Positions 33,374-44,302 of a stretch of 64,000 bases of DNA are shown here, in pieces; the stretch's first letter is position 1, and each line of letters starts with the position of its first letter. Source of the DNA: Neophaeotheca triangularis (taxonomy: Eukaryota); contig BAAIJX010000003.1 in the NCBI GenBank assembly GCA_054600435.1, positions 62,001-126,000 of the forward strand, written 5' to 3'. The translations under genes were made by a program, and so were the position numbers. The notes under the pieces are model-generated. The model was not told the origin of the DNA, searched no databases, and was given only the letters and a program-made list of their open reading frames with translations.

Positions 33374-35497
33374 CTAACGTCCCTGCTGTCTATTCTGACC
33401 TTGTCCTTGTCCTTGTCCATGACCTTGACCTTGACCAGGCCCACCTCTCATAGGCATCTGCTGGCCACCTTGCTGCTGCTGATGTTGCTGAGGGCCGCCA
33501 CGACCAGGCTCGTTCCTCTGACCTTGACCGCCGCCCACATGCTGCTGTTGTGGATGATGCTGCTGCTGCTGCTGCCCAGGACCACCTCGGCTGGTTTCAG
33601 TCTTCTGACCACCACCGCCATTGTTGCGACCGGGACTGTTGCCTCGACGTGGTGGACTGTTGCCTTTGCGCTGAGGGCTGTTGCCTCTGCGCTGAGGACT
33701 CTTGTCGCGGCCTTTATTGTCTCTGTCGTTTGATCTCTTGTCGCCTCTCTCAGGACTCTTGCCTTTGCGCTGCGGACTTTGGTCTCGACCTTTGTTGTCC
33801 TTATCCTTGTCGCCAGACTTCCTGTCACCTCTCTCAGGACTCTTGCCTTTGCGCTGCGGACTTTGGTCTCGACCTTTGTTGTCCTTGTCGTTTGATTTCC
33901 TGTCGCCTCTCTCAGGGCTCTTGCCTTTGCGTTGTGGACTGTTGCCTTTGCGCTGCGGGCTCTTGTCTCGGCCAGACCTATCCTTGCTGCTAGACTTCTT
34001 GTCGCCCCTTTCCGGACTCTTGCCGCGACCGGACCTGTCTTTGCTGCTGGACTTCTTATCGCCTCTGTCTGGGCTCTTGCCCCTACCCGGTCCTTCCTTT
34101 GAGTCCTTGCCATGTCCCTTGTCGTCATCTTTCTGATCGCGTCCACGTTGCTTGAGGTCTTTGCCAATCTCATTCTTCTGATCACGTTCCTTGTCCTTGC
34201 CCTCACGTTCGTTTTCCCTGCCAGCTCCAACCTTCTGATCGCGTTCATTGCTCTTCCCTTGACCGCTCTGCTGAGCAATCGGCTTGCCGCCTTTGACAGA
34301 CGAATCGCCCTCGATCAGCTTGGCAGCAGCCATGACATCCAAAACAGCCATTTGGCTGTGAGTGGTGGGAGATTCGAAAGGACCGTTCCACCAGGGTCCG
34401 TACTGGCCGTTGCCGTTGGTGTTCTTGCTCTGCAGACTGTCGAAGTTGATCGAGATGAATGAAACGATCATCTTCTCCTCCATCTTGGCCTCAGGGGTGC
34501 CGGGTTGCGTGCGCTTGATCGTCTCGAGCAAATCCGCCAATTGGCGAATCAGGACGGATTTAAAACCAACGCTGTCGGTGGACTTGGTGGGATCTTGCTT
34601 GCCTTTCGCGTAAGCCGCCTTGTCGGTGAGCACGCCGTCATTTTCGACCCAGTCGTTGTTGCGCATGGCTTTGTGCGCAATGTGACAGGCCAGAGAGATC
34701 CACTTCTTATCCTTTGTCGCTTCGAACATCTGGGTGCAAGCACCCAATGTGACAGCGGCGAGGTGGGTGAAGACCTTGTCGGAAGCTTCGTTCTTCTTGA
34801 GGTTGAAGCCATCCAGTACCACGGCATCCTTGGGATGGTATCGACAGCGGAGAACCCAGCCAAGAGAGTCCCTGGCGGCTTGCAAGTACTCCTCACGAAG
34901 AGTTTTGTCGCCCTCCTTGGATTTCCCCTCGAAGATAGCCAGACGAGCACTCAACTCGGCGCAAAGGCCGGTGGTGATTGAGTTGATCTGTTCCTCGCCT
35001 GGTTTGGTGTTCCTGTAGACGCCGCCATGCATGTCCTGGTCCTTGAACTTGACTTGCCCCTTCTCGGCGCGGAACCTACCATCCCTGATGTGGTACCAGA
35101 TGTTCTTCGCCCGTTGTAGGAACCATTGATCGTTGCCAACTTCGTACAGGTGACAACACAGCACAGCCCACCACAAGGTCTCGTCGTTGAACTCGCCGAT
35201 GAACTCTTTCTGCCGTCTCTCGTACTTCTTCGCGGCATCTGCCACCTGGTTGTAGTACTTCTTGCTGCCGGACCACTTGTCGTAGAGGGCGAGGGCGGTG
35301 TAGCCATTGGCCGTTTGCCACGAGCTGATGCCTTTGATCTCGCCGGTGGGAGCTTGCGAGCCCAGGAAGAGTTGGTTGGCACGTTCTGTAACGTCGGAGA
35401 CATTGCTGCCTAGCTTCTGGGGCTTGTCGTGCCATGATGGTGTTTCGTGCTTGGTGTCGGCGGCCTCGAAGGCCTTCTGGAATTCGGGTCCAGACAT
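33374..35497 (-). CDS. Glycoside hydrolase family 76-like protein with no signal peptide and a ~310-aa charged repeat/Gln-Gly tail
   Basis: 707-aa ORF with WQTANGYTA, EFNDETLWWA, GGVY, NSITTGL, VGFKSVLIRQL and YGPWWNGP. Tail of KSPQRKGKSPERGD repeats. Confidence 0.82.
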   Translation of the reverse strand: MSGPEFQKAFEAADTKHETPSWHDKPQKLGSNVSDVTERANQLFLGSQAPTGEIKGISSWQTANGYTALALYDKWSGSKKYYNQVADAAKKYERRQKEFIGEFNDETLWWAVLCCHLYEVGNDQWFLQRAKNIWYHIRDGRFRAEKGQVKFKDQDMHGGVYRNTKPGEEQINSITTGLCAELSARLAIFEGKSKEGDKTLREEYLQAARDSLGWVLRCRYHPKDAVVLDGFNLKKNEASDKVFTHLAAVTLGACTQMFEATKDKKWISLACHIAHKAMRNNDWVENDGVLTDKAAYAKGKQDPTKSTDSVGFKSVLIRQLADLLETIKRTQPGTPEAKMEEKMIVSFISINFDSLQSKNTNGNGQYGPWWNGPFESPTTHSQMAVLDVMAAAKLIEGDSSVKGGKPIAQQSGQGKSNERDQKVGAGRENEREGKDKERDQKNEIGKDLKQRGRDQKDDDKGHGKDSKEGPGRGKSPDRGDKKSSSKDRSGRGKSPERGDKKSSSKDRSGRDKSPQRKGNSPQRKGKSPERGDRKSNDKDNKGRDQSPQRKGKSPERGDRKSGDKDKDNKGRDQSPQRKGKSPERGDKRSNDRDNKGRDKSPQRRGNSPQRKGNSPPRRGNSPGRNNGGGGQKTETSRGGPGQQQQQHHPQQQHVGGGQGQRNEPGRGGPQQHQQQQGGQQMPMRGGPGQGQGHGQGQGQGQNRQQGR
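33640..34090 (-). repeat. Coding tandem repeats (GRDxSPQRKGKSPERGDxKSxDxDNK units)
   Basis: Near-identical 75-81-nt units, e.g. CCTCTCTCAGGACTCTTGCCTTTGCGCTGCGGACTTTGGTCTCGACC twice on the plus strand. Confidence 0.9.
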
Positions 35498-37019
35498 GTT
35501 GCGCGGGGTGGATGAACTCTGGGTTTACTCAAAGTCAAATAGTCTTGTGATGGGAAAGAGGAAGAGGAAGAGGAAGATGGCAGTGGAAAGCAAGATAGTT
35601 GGCTAGCAAGACAGCTCTTTCTTCTTATGTAGTGATGAGCTCACTGACGAGCAACGGGAAGGAACAATGATCTAGACCCTGCCTACGTAGGTAAGGTACC
35701 TCATCAGCAATCTACGACTGCTCCATGACTAGTAGGCGAGCGTGAGTGGAAGATGGATGCATGCATGTGTGAAGTGGGTACAGTAGGCGAGGCCATGTCG
35801 AGCCCAGAAGCCTCCCGTCCATGTCATACCTCCTATATTGCCATTCCAATCGGCCAGTTCCCAATAAGATGATGTGGATGATCCTCGAGCGTCGTCGTAA
35901 GAGAGAGCTCTCGGAGCTTGGAAGTTGGTAACGCCCAGACGGAATCTTGTCCTTACAGACGGTTTCCACGTCATCACACTGAATCTTCCCGTGTTTCCAT
36001 GTGCATAAGAGGTAAGATGATGTCGCCGTTGTGTTCTGCCGTGTCCGGGGTTGGAATGAGGTAGTGCCCAGGTGGATTGATATTGATGGGAAAGCCCACA
36101 TGGCGAATCAGCCCTGTTGCCCTACAGCCCAGACCCTGGAGCTGCAAAATAATGTGGAGAGAGACGGGACCTCGGGAGTTGCTCGACAGGGTCTGGATGT
36201 CGATCTTTGAGACCAAGATGGATCATGTCGCATGGAGCATCCACCATCCATCCAATGTGTCAAGTTCATCCTGCTTTTTGAATGATATGGCAGTTGGGAG
36301 GTCGAATCTCGAAGCTGGTACATACTACGTTGCAATGGAGCCGTGTGCGCGTATCCGGAGAAATCATGGCTTTCTGCTCCTCAGCAAAGACTTCACCATC
36401 GCCGTACGACTCCCCACTGTCGTATCAGCAAATGTATCATCATCGTCGCTACAAAACTCACTTCCAGTATAGCCAAGTGCCTCAAACCGGTGAGCAGTGT
36501 CTCAGACGTCCACGACATCTTTAAAGAAGCGTTTGCGGCTGCCATTAACGCTGTCCATTATATCCCTACTGTCCCGCTGAAGAAGGTCTCGAGCGCGATG
36601 AACCCGTTCTCGAACCAGTATCCCGACATTTTCTCCAGCTCCCCACCTGCCAGTCCTTGGGTTTCGGATTGGTCAATAATGTACTTTGGAGTGCGTCGTG
36701 GATGAGCTGCCACGTTCAGATCGGGCCAGCCCTTACACAATCGGCGTGGTATAGACAATCGTGCAGTGTCCGTGCTGTAAGCGTCTCGTGAACGATCATG
36801 TTCGCGTGTCGCGGATTGCACTGAAGCTTCAATTTCCATAACGCCAAAAAAGAAAAAAAAAAATTGAAAAAGAAAAAGAAAAAGAGTCAAAGTTCATAGG
36901 GCCTCGATTTCGAGACATACTATGATGTATGCTCACAATTTTGGCAGATTTATTGAACTTCAAATGAGCAGCTTCCAGGCCGCTGCTACTGCAAGAGCAC
37001 GCTATTGATCTTTCAAAAA

Positions 37020-38313
37020 TCACCTGACAGGCAACCCCCTCTTGGCCATAGCACTCCTCTTCCTAGTCTCCGACGTAACCGGGACATTGCCATCACCATA
37101 AGGGCCAAAATTCGGCTCGCCACCAAGACTGCCCAAAACATCACCAACATAGTTCGTAGCATTGACACCCTGCGCGAAAGTGGTGTTCCAACCCTGCATA
37201 ATGCCCTCAATGATGGGGATACCGGCGCGGTAGATGTTCTCGACCGCTGGGCCGAAACCGCCGCTCTCGGCGAAGAGGAGCGAGTCCACGGCAGTCTGGC
37301 CGGAGTACGGACGGTCGAAGTTGGAAGCCGTGCGCATGAGGATGATGCGTGAGAAGTCGACGAGTTTGTCCATGGCGCCGCGGAGCAGGGCTTCGAGCGT
37401 GGCGTTGTCTTCTTGCGCCGAGGTGCAGTAGGTGCCGGAACCGTTCGTTATGAGTGAGAAGTAGTCGTCGAAGGAGGATGATAGGAGGTTGCCATGGTAG
37501 TAGACGTCTGAGGTCGCTACGTCGCATTGCCGCACGCAGGGCCCGGAGTTGCTGGCGCTGTACTCGGAGGCGTAGTTGGCGCGGTAGGTTTGGGCAGCAG
37601 TGGTATCGTTGAGAGTGGCAGTGCGTGCCCAGGAGACGGCCAAGTCTTGTAGGTTCTGGTTGAGTTCGTAAACTTCGGAGCCGTAGATGCTTTGGGGGTA
37701 TTGGCCTGACCCTTCAGCACCGAAAGGGATGTACCCCGTGCTAAAGTTTTCGGGCACTTCGCGAGGGTCAATTTCGTACTGCAACGCGACTTGCACGGCG
37801 TAGCGGGCGAAGGCAACGTCGCCCAGCGTACCGACGTTGGGGTTAATGCCAGAAATTCCAGCGATGAGGAAGTAGGTCGAAGTAAGGTCGAATCTCGAGG
37901 AGCGAGTGAGAGATGTAAGAGTCACGGCCGCGTTGATTTCTGCGTGATACTTGGTTAGTCCAAAAAGATTTACAAGTTGACTCTAAACATCAGAGCTGGA
38001 ACTAGAACTCACCTCCCATAGCAGTAGTCAACAAGCAAATCTCCCCATCAGCCGTGCAGTGAGCATCCGGAAATTGACTCGAGAAACCCGGCACAGTGAT
38101 ATTCATTGCCAAAATGTCAAAGTCCGGGGCATTATACCAGGGCTCGGCCTCGGACTCAAACATGCTAACGATGAAGACTTTGGGCTTGACAACACACTCC
38201 TCCAACGTCCTCTTCTCGAGCTTTGCCGCTGAAGGCTGTACGAGGCCTGCGTTGGCAACACTGGAAAGTGCGGCCACGCCTGCGGCTGCGCAGATGGATG
38301 TGAAGGAACGCAT
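37020..38313 (-). CDS. Purine nucleoside permease (NUP family) with N-terminal signal; one intron near 38012-37940
   Basis: PKVFIVSMFESEA, ICLLTTAMG|EINAA, FDLTSTYFLIAGISGINP, LQYEIDPRE, YCTSAQEDNATLEAL and MRTASNFDRP. Confidence 0.92.
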
Positions 38314-38954
38314 TTTTGTTTCGGGGTGTCTGATCTTTGGGCTGGTCCTCTTGCGGAAGTACAGTAAGAACTGTAGAGAAAAGGTCGGGCAAGCAAAGAC
38401 GAGGTAACGCGCACACGAGCTGGACGAAGGAGAGGAACGTTTCAAAGATGGAATGATACTCTTATAAGACTTACCTTCCTGTTCTTCATGGCTCAATATT
38501 GCAACGTCCGTTGATGGTAAGTATGATCCACTCGGCAAACTCTTTATCTCCAGCACAGTCAGCCCCCTCAAGGTCGTGCACAGACAAAGTCTCTCGCCGC
38601 ATCGCGGTCTTCGCCGACGAAGTCTCCAAAAGGTTTTCAAGAGTGTCTAAAAGATTTTTCAAGCAGGTGGTCTTATCTTGACATTATGCTCGAGTCGTCC
38701 ATACAAGCTATCTTTGCCAGAGACAGTCGTTATCTTTGCCGGCGGGACTAGGAGGTAGAGGAGCGGGGGGCTGGAAAGGGTGGAGCCGTAATAATAGTAG
38801 CTACAAAGCTAACAACAACCGCTCATCGAAAAATACGGTAAGGATCCGTTATCGTACTTGAATTGTTTTAATCACAGTATCTAAGCGTTCGACCAAGATT
38901 AAAAAAGCAACACTGTAAAACTACCTCACTATACAGCCTGACAAGCGATACCTC

Positions 38955-40757
38955 TCACATCCTCGCCTTCTCCCTCGGCGGCGTGTACAAAGTCGTAGCC
39001 ATGCTCTTCAACTCACCCAACAGAGGCTTACCCATAGCATTCCTCGGTATCGCTTTAACAGCATGCACACCACCCCTAAGCCTCTTATAGGGGCTGACTA
39101 CTTGACTCACCGTGGCCGCAATCTCTGCCAAAGCCGTCGCCGGCGCAGTCTCATCAAGCACGACAATAGCTGTGGGGAGCTCATTGCCGTCGGGGGTTTC
39201 TGCCCCCACGACCGCAACGTCAAGGACAAAGTCTAAAGTCCGACAGATGCTCTCGAGTTCCACTGGCGCGATTTGCGCTCCGTTGTATTTAATCAGCTCC
39301 TGTTGAATGGTTAGAGAAATGCGTTGCTCACGCGGTGTTTTACGAATGTGGTACCTTGTTGCGCCCAGTGACATAAACGTAACCTTGTTCGTCTATCCGT
39401 CCCATGTCGCCCGTTCGAAACCATCCTTCTCGGCTAGCTTGGTGGTCCACGTTGCTCGCGCTGATATATCCGGGTGTAATGGTAGGTCCTGCTCAAAGTC
39501 AGAGGGACGTGCTCAAGATTCAGAGCTCATGGATCTTCCTACCCGACACGAAAATTTCGCCCTCGCAATTGGCGGCGACCGCGCGCTGCTCTACATCCCG
39601 GACTTCGATCTTGTTGCCTGCCAGCGGCTTCCCGATACTGTTCATAGGCCCAGGTACACCCGGACTATGCATTGTTGCGAGGAACGTCAACTCTGTCATT
39701 CCCCACGCTTCTTGACAGAGGACTCCAGATCGCAACGCCCGCGAGAAAGCAGCCTTGACTTCGTCAGAAGCTTTTGCGGCGCCTGTGCAAGCGAAGTCAA
39801 TGTGCTCGAAAAGCTTCGGACTGAAAGAAGGAGAGGCAAGGATACGCTGCAGCACTGCAGGTACCGTGGGAAAAAGGGCAATAGGATGGTCTCGGAACGC
39901 TTTCAAGACTAGGTCGATGTCGCTGGCTGGGGCCAGCACCGTTTCCAGCCCTAATCCCAGACCGCAGAAGGTATTGAGGAACAAGCCGGCCGCATGGGCG
40001 TTGTCGAGAGAGCCTAGCATCATCGGCTTTTTCTTTTGCTGCAATATTGGCGCCCATAGCTGGCGTAATTGGCAAATCATTGAGATAATATTCTGCTGGG
40101 AGATGCATACGCCTGTTTACCATTAGCAGTGCTCCGACATAAGAATCAAATTAAGTGCAGACCTTTAGGAGTTCCGGTAGTGCCACTCGAGAAGACAATT
40201 GCTGCAGGGCTGGTTGCAATGTTCTGGTCCCACTCGACAGAAATTTCTTGCTCGTCGTGGGAGATTACAGACGTTCCATTTTCGTCGTACACCGTCATGG
40301 ACGGAGTGTCGTGAACAATAATCAAAAATTCTCTGCGGGCTTCGCTCTTCGCTCTCTTCACTAGGTCGATCGTAGCTCTAGAGCAAACGACAGCTCTCGG
40401 TCTGAGCACGTCGATGCGGAAGAGGATCTCGCGGACACTAGCTTGCGACGGACATGTTGCGACCACGGCACCAGATGCCATGATGGCAAGTACGTGGACG
40501 AAACCGAGAGGCTGATTTTCGGTCACTGCCATAACATATTGTGTGTTTTTCGAGGAAGTGTCGAGGATATTTCGGGAAATATAGCCATGTGCAAGTCGCC
40601 GGACCAAATTACGGGCCTGAGATTTGGTGATGAGATTGTTCGGGTCTTTGGCATCTCTCCACACCACTTCGTCTTTCGATTGATCCTGTTCGCCAAACAG
40701 GAAAGTCAACAGATTCTGTGGTGGTATGCCCCCTAGAACTGGTCCATTTGAGCTCAT
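38955..40757 (-). CDS. Acyl/aryl-CoA ligase (4-coumarate-CoA ligase-like), three introns, PTS1-like C-terminus -ARM
   Basis: FSSGTTGTPKG, QEAWGMTE, GEIFVSG|PTITPGY, WFRTGDMG, GRNK|ELIKYNG.QIAPVELE, KRLRGGV and IPRNAMGK. Confidence 0.92.
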
Positions 40758-40875
40758 GTTGAAGAAGTCGGCAGAGGTCGTGTCGGTGAGCTTAGTCTAC
40801 CTTCTTGTGGATCACTGGTAGATTGATCAATGTCTCCTCTAAGTAATAAGACGAGCAGGAAATATCCTTTGTTTG

Positions 40876-40941
40876 TGGAGGTGGGGTCGAGGTGGTGGAG
40901 GTGGAAGCGGAGGTGGAGGTGGATGTGGAGGTGGAGGTGGG
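40876..40941. repeat. (GGAGGT)n degenerate hexamer repeat in the bidirectional promoter region
   Basis: Seen directly between the divergent ATGs at 40757 and 41086. Confidence 0.8.
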
Positions 40942-41085
40942 GGCTTGGCGTTTTAAACCGACGTCTACTCGAAAGGCTCAGACGTACCTCCTACTGCAAG
41001 ACCCATTCATCCAGTCAGAAACCAACGCAGTATTGCTATCACACTGCCCTGCTGGAAATTGTTGAACCCGGAAGTCCAATTCGTC

Positions 41086-41973
41086 ATGGCTGCGCAAAAG
41101 TTTCAGGCTCTCCTCTACTCAACCTCCACCAACAACAGGGTGGCCACAATCACCCTGAACCGACCCGAACACTTCAACGCCATCAGTCCAGAACTACCAC
41201 AAGAGCTTCGAGCGGCAGTCAAGCTTGCAAACTCGGACGCACAAGTCCATTGTATTGTGATCAAGGGCAATGGTCCCGGATTCTGCGGCGGCTACGATCT
41301 GAGCATCTCCGCAGAGAAGGCTGAACGTGGCACTACGGCCGGCAGCCAGGATACTTCCAATGGATACGACCCCTTGCTGGACTATCAAATGATGAAGGAA
41401 TACACAGAATGTTATGCCGAATTGTTCCATAGCCACAAGCCAACGATCGCGCAAGTGCACGGAGCGGCGGTTGCAGGCGGGAGCGACATTGCGCTCTGTT
41501 GTGATCTTGTCGTTATGGCGGAAGATGCTCGCATAGGTTACACGCCGACAAGAGTCTGGGGCTGCCCGACTACAGCAATGTGGACGTACAGACTCGGCCC
41601 TGAGAAGGCCAAGCGGATGTTGTTCACGGGGGACCTCGTCGACGGAAAGACGGCGGCAGATATGGGGCTGGTTCTCAAAGCTGTGCCGTTGAGAGAGTTG
41701 GAGGAGGCTGTCCGACTTTTGACAGATCGGATCAGTTCGGTTCCCGTCAACCAGCTCTGGATGCAGAAGAGAGTGGTGAATAGCATCATCGAGGGCTCAG
41801 TGGCTTCAAGCCAGCAGCTCTCTACTATATTCGACGGTTTGACGAGGAATTCGCCCGAGGGCATGGCCTTTCAGCAGCTGGCGGCCACACGGGGTTTCAA
41901 GGCAGCGATTTCCCAGCGAGATGAGCCTGGGAGGACTGAGGACTATCGCAAAGTCTGGAAGAGCTCTTTGTGA
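41086..41973 (+). CDS. Enoyl-CoA hydratase/isomerase (crotonase) family protein, intronless, PTS1-like C-terminus -SSL
   Basis: ATITLNRPEHFNAI, GFCGGYDL, KPTIAQVHGAAVAGGSDIALCCD and RVWGCPTTAMW.YRLGPEKAKRMLFTGD. First ATG at 41086. Confidence 0.93.
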   Translation: MAAQKFQALLYSTSTNNRVATITLNRPEHFNAISPELPQELRAAVKLANSDAQVHCIVIKGNGPGFCGGYDLSISAEKAERGTTAGSQDTSNGYDPLLDYQMMKEYTECYAELFHSHKPTIAQVHGAAVAGGSDIALCCDLVVMAEDARIGYTPTRVWGCPTTAMWTYRLGPEKAKRMLFTGDLVDGKTAADMGLVLKAVPLRELEEAVRLLTDRISSVPVNQLWMQKRVVNSIIEGSVASSQQLSTIFDGLTRNSPEGMAFQQLAATRGFKAAISQRDEPGRTEDYRKVWKSSL

Positions 41974-42036
41974 CTATTAAGCATGTTGAGATTGTGGCGT
42001 GGACTGTATGCTTCGCTAGAATGGATTTGTCACAGA

Positions 42037-43782
42037 TCATCCCGGGGCGAGGATTCGCATTTCCTCTCGTCGGTCAATCCAATCAGATCCGAGCATAGTA
42101 GACCAAAGCAAAGAAGTCGTTATTGTCAAGTCGTCCATGTCAGAGATGGTGCCTTCTCGAATGCCTCGCCTGCATGCTTGCCGTAGAGACCAAATTCTAG
42201 CGCGATCGTCGTCGCTCAGGAGCTCTTCGTCTGAGGTGTGCACCTCATGGACCCACTTGCGTAGCAGAATGGCTGACGCCAGGGCGCAATACCGGCCCGG
42301 CCGACTGATCGTCATCCGACACGTTTCTGCTACTTTTGCAAACCCAACTCCAGCGCAAGAAGTGAAGAGTTCAATAGAAGCGTCAATCGCACAATCGTGT
42401 TGGTGGGAGTTGATGCTCTCAGAGCCGCAGTGAAGTGCAGTGAACATGTGTTGAAGGAGCATAGCATTCTCGGAATCCGGGTGAGCGGATATGCTGGATT
42501 GCGACTGCCATGAGGTCGCGATATTGCCGCTCCACAATATCTTACACATTTTGAGGCTTTCATTAAGTTCCCGCTTCGGCATGAAAGTTGTCATATCTCC
42601 TCGTTGCCAACCCTCTGGAGTCGTGTAGTTAGCTGGCATCGATTTTGAGGTCAAGATCGCGTCAAGCAATGCGGAGAGCAGAATGTATTGACCGAAGTTG
42701 TTACAGGCCTCTAGTCCGTGGTCTCCAATGAAATCGCGCCGCAATAATCCATGCAAAGCTCCCGAAAAAGACGGGCCGACGGTAACTCCCCCAGCAGAAC
42801 CGCCCAATGCAAGCACCCAATCTTCGCTGGTCCCAGCATGCCATAGCAACTCGTCGCAAGGCAACCATGTATCCAGATCTTGGGCGTTGATGGTGACCGA
42901 GCAGCCGAGGAATTCACGAGCTAGTACAACATTGATATATAAGCAAAATGCCGTTCTCCTGTAGGCCTCACCTTCAAGCCACTCTTCCCAGTCGAGGGCA
43001 AAGCGACCCTCGTTTCCATGGTCACGTTGCTCGCGAAGCTCTTTCGCCAACGTCGCAACCTGATGTAATGCCGATTGCTGCAAGTTGGATTTACGAGACC
43101 ATAGGCCGAACTCTATACCGAGCGTGCGAGTTTGGAATCGTACCAGATCCGAGATGGAAGCGGAATTCTCTCCTAACAGTCCTGTCAAGGTTTCATGCCA
43201 TCGCACAGCGAGGCTTCTATATTTCGGGGAGTGCAGGGCTCCGAGAGCGGCCACTGCATACTCGAGAGCCAGGTTACCATCAAGCTGTCGAACGTGAACG
43301 CAAGGAAGCCTGGGTGCTTCATACTGCATGTATAGTTTGACGCATGGTCCCAGATCAGTGCTCACCTCCACGTCTACAGTAGGCGTATCGATGTAATGGA
43401 AGGAGTGAGCCAAGAGCTGATTTGGACTTGAGGTCGACTGGTGGATGCTGTCGTCGTCGATGAAGTCAAATACACTGTCCTCATGTGTTACCGTCTCAGA
43501 CAAGCCGGCCACGAAGTCAAAGTGTTGACTCTGGGGCGTTTGGACGGACGGAGAGCTTGCACTTGCTCTCGAGTGACGGAGACTGTGTCGTTTCAGGGCA
43601 TCGCGACGGTGAAAGCGTCGGCCGCAGCCTGCATAGCTACAATGATGCTGAGGTGTCCGATGGGTCAATTCGTGGCGTTTCAGGTGATCCTCGCGGCGAA
43701 AGCTTTTGCCGCAGGTGGAGCAACGAGCATCTTTGAAGACATGACGGGTAAAGGTAGTAGACGCCGTCAGCATCCTGACCAC
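42037..43782 (-). CDS. C2H2 zinc-finger transcription factor with fungal middle-homology region; true start uncertain
   Basis: CSTCGKSFRREDHLKRHELTH and CSYAGCGRRFHRRDALKRHSLRH, then WEEWLEGEAYRRTAF and LPCDELLWHA. Confidence 0.87.
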   Translation of the reverse strand: MVRMLTASTTFTRHVFKDARCSTCGKSFRREDHLKRHELTHRTPQHHCSYAGCGRRFHRRDALKRHSLRHSRASASSPSVQTPQSQHFDFVAGLSETVTHEDSVFDFIDDDSIHQSTSSPNQLLAHSFHYIDTPTVDVEVSTDLGPCVKLYMQYEAPRLPCVHVRQLDGNLALEYAVAALGALHSPKYRSLAVRWHETLTGLLGENSASISDLVRFQTRTLGIEFGLWSRKSNLQQSALHQVATLAKELREQRDHGNEGRFALDWEEWLEGEAYRRTAFCLYINVVLAREFLGCSVTINAQDLDTWLPCDELLWHAGTSEDWVLALGGSAGGVTVGPSFSGALHGLLRRDFIGDHGLEACNNFGQYILLSALLDAILTSKSMPANYTTPEGWQRGDMTTFMPKRELNESLKMCKILWSGNIATSWQSQSSISAHPDSENAMLLQHMFTALHCGSESINSHQHDCAIDASIELFTSCAGVGFAKVAETCRMTISRPGRYCALASAILLRKWVHEVHTSDEELLSDDDRARIWSLRQACRRGIREGTISDMDDLTITTSLLWSTMLGSDWIDRREEMRILAPG

Positions 43783-44302
43783 CTTTGATGTAGGAAATTA
43801 AGATGGATGGGGAGGGAAAAGGTTCGGTGCGGATGTTGATGATGTCGGTCGGTAACTGTACTAGTAGAGCTGCAATCGGCTGTTGACTGCCAAGCCGGAA
43901 AAGGTCTGTCAGAAGTCCCCATATATATCCAATACTACACCGTACACTTCCGACGACAGATAGATACACCTCCAGTAACCAATCGTCGACGTCATCTCAC
44001 ATTCTTCTGTACATTCGATAGAGTAAGTTAAAAGAGTAAGTACATGTTGGTTGAACCATACGGACGACGCATGTGTGAGTACGGCGTTTGCGTGTCTTCA
44101 ATTCATCGGTGCATTTACATACGAGTCCGCTGCGGCGTGGGGCGAGAAGCCAAGCCAAGCCTAGCTATAGGAGTCGGGGGTTTACGTCGATAATAGGTAA
44201 TGCTGGCTGGCTGACATGTCGTTCGAAAAATCATGGCGAGCGTGAGTGTAGACGCGACGACAAATGTCGAGCACCACCAACCCAAACCCTAACAAATGTT
44301 AC

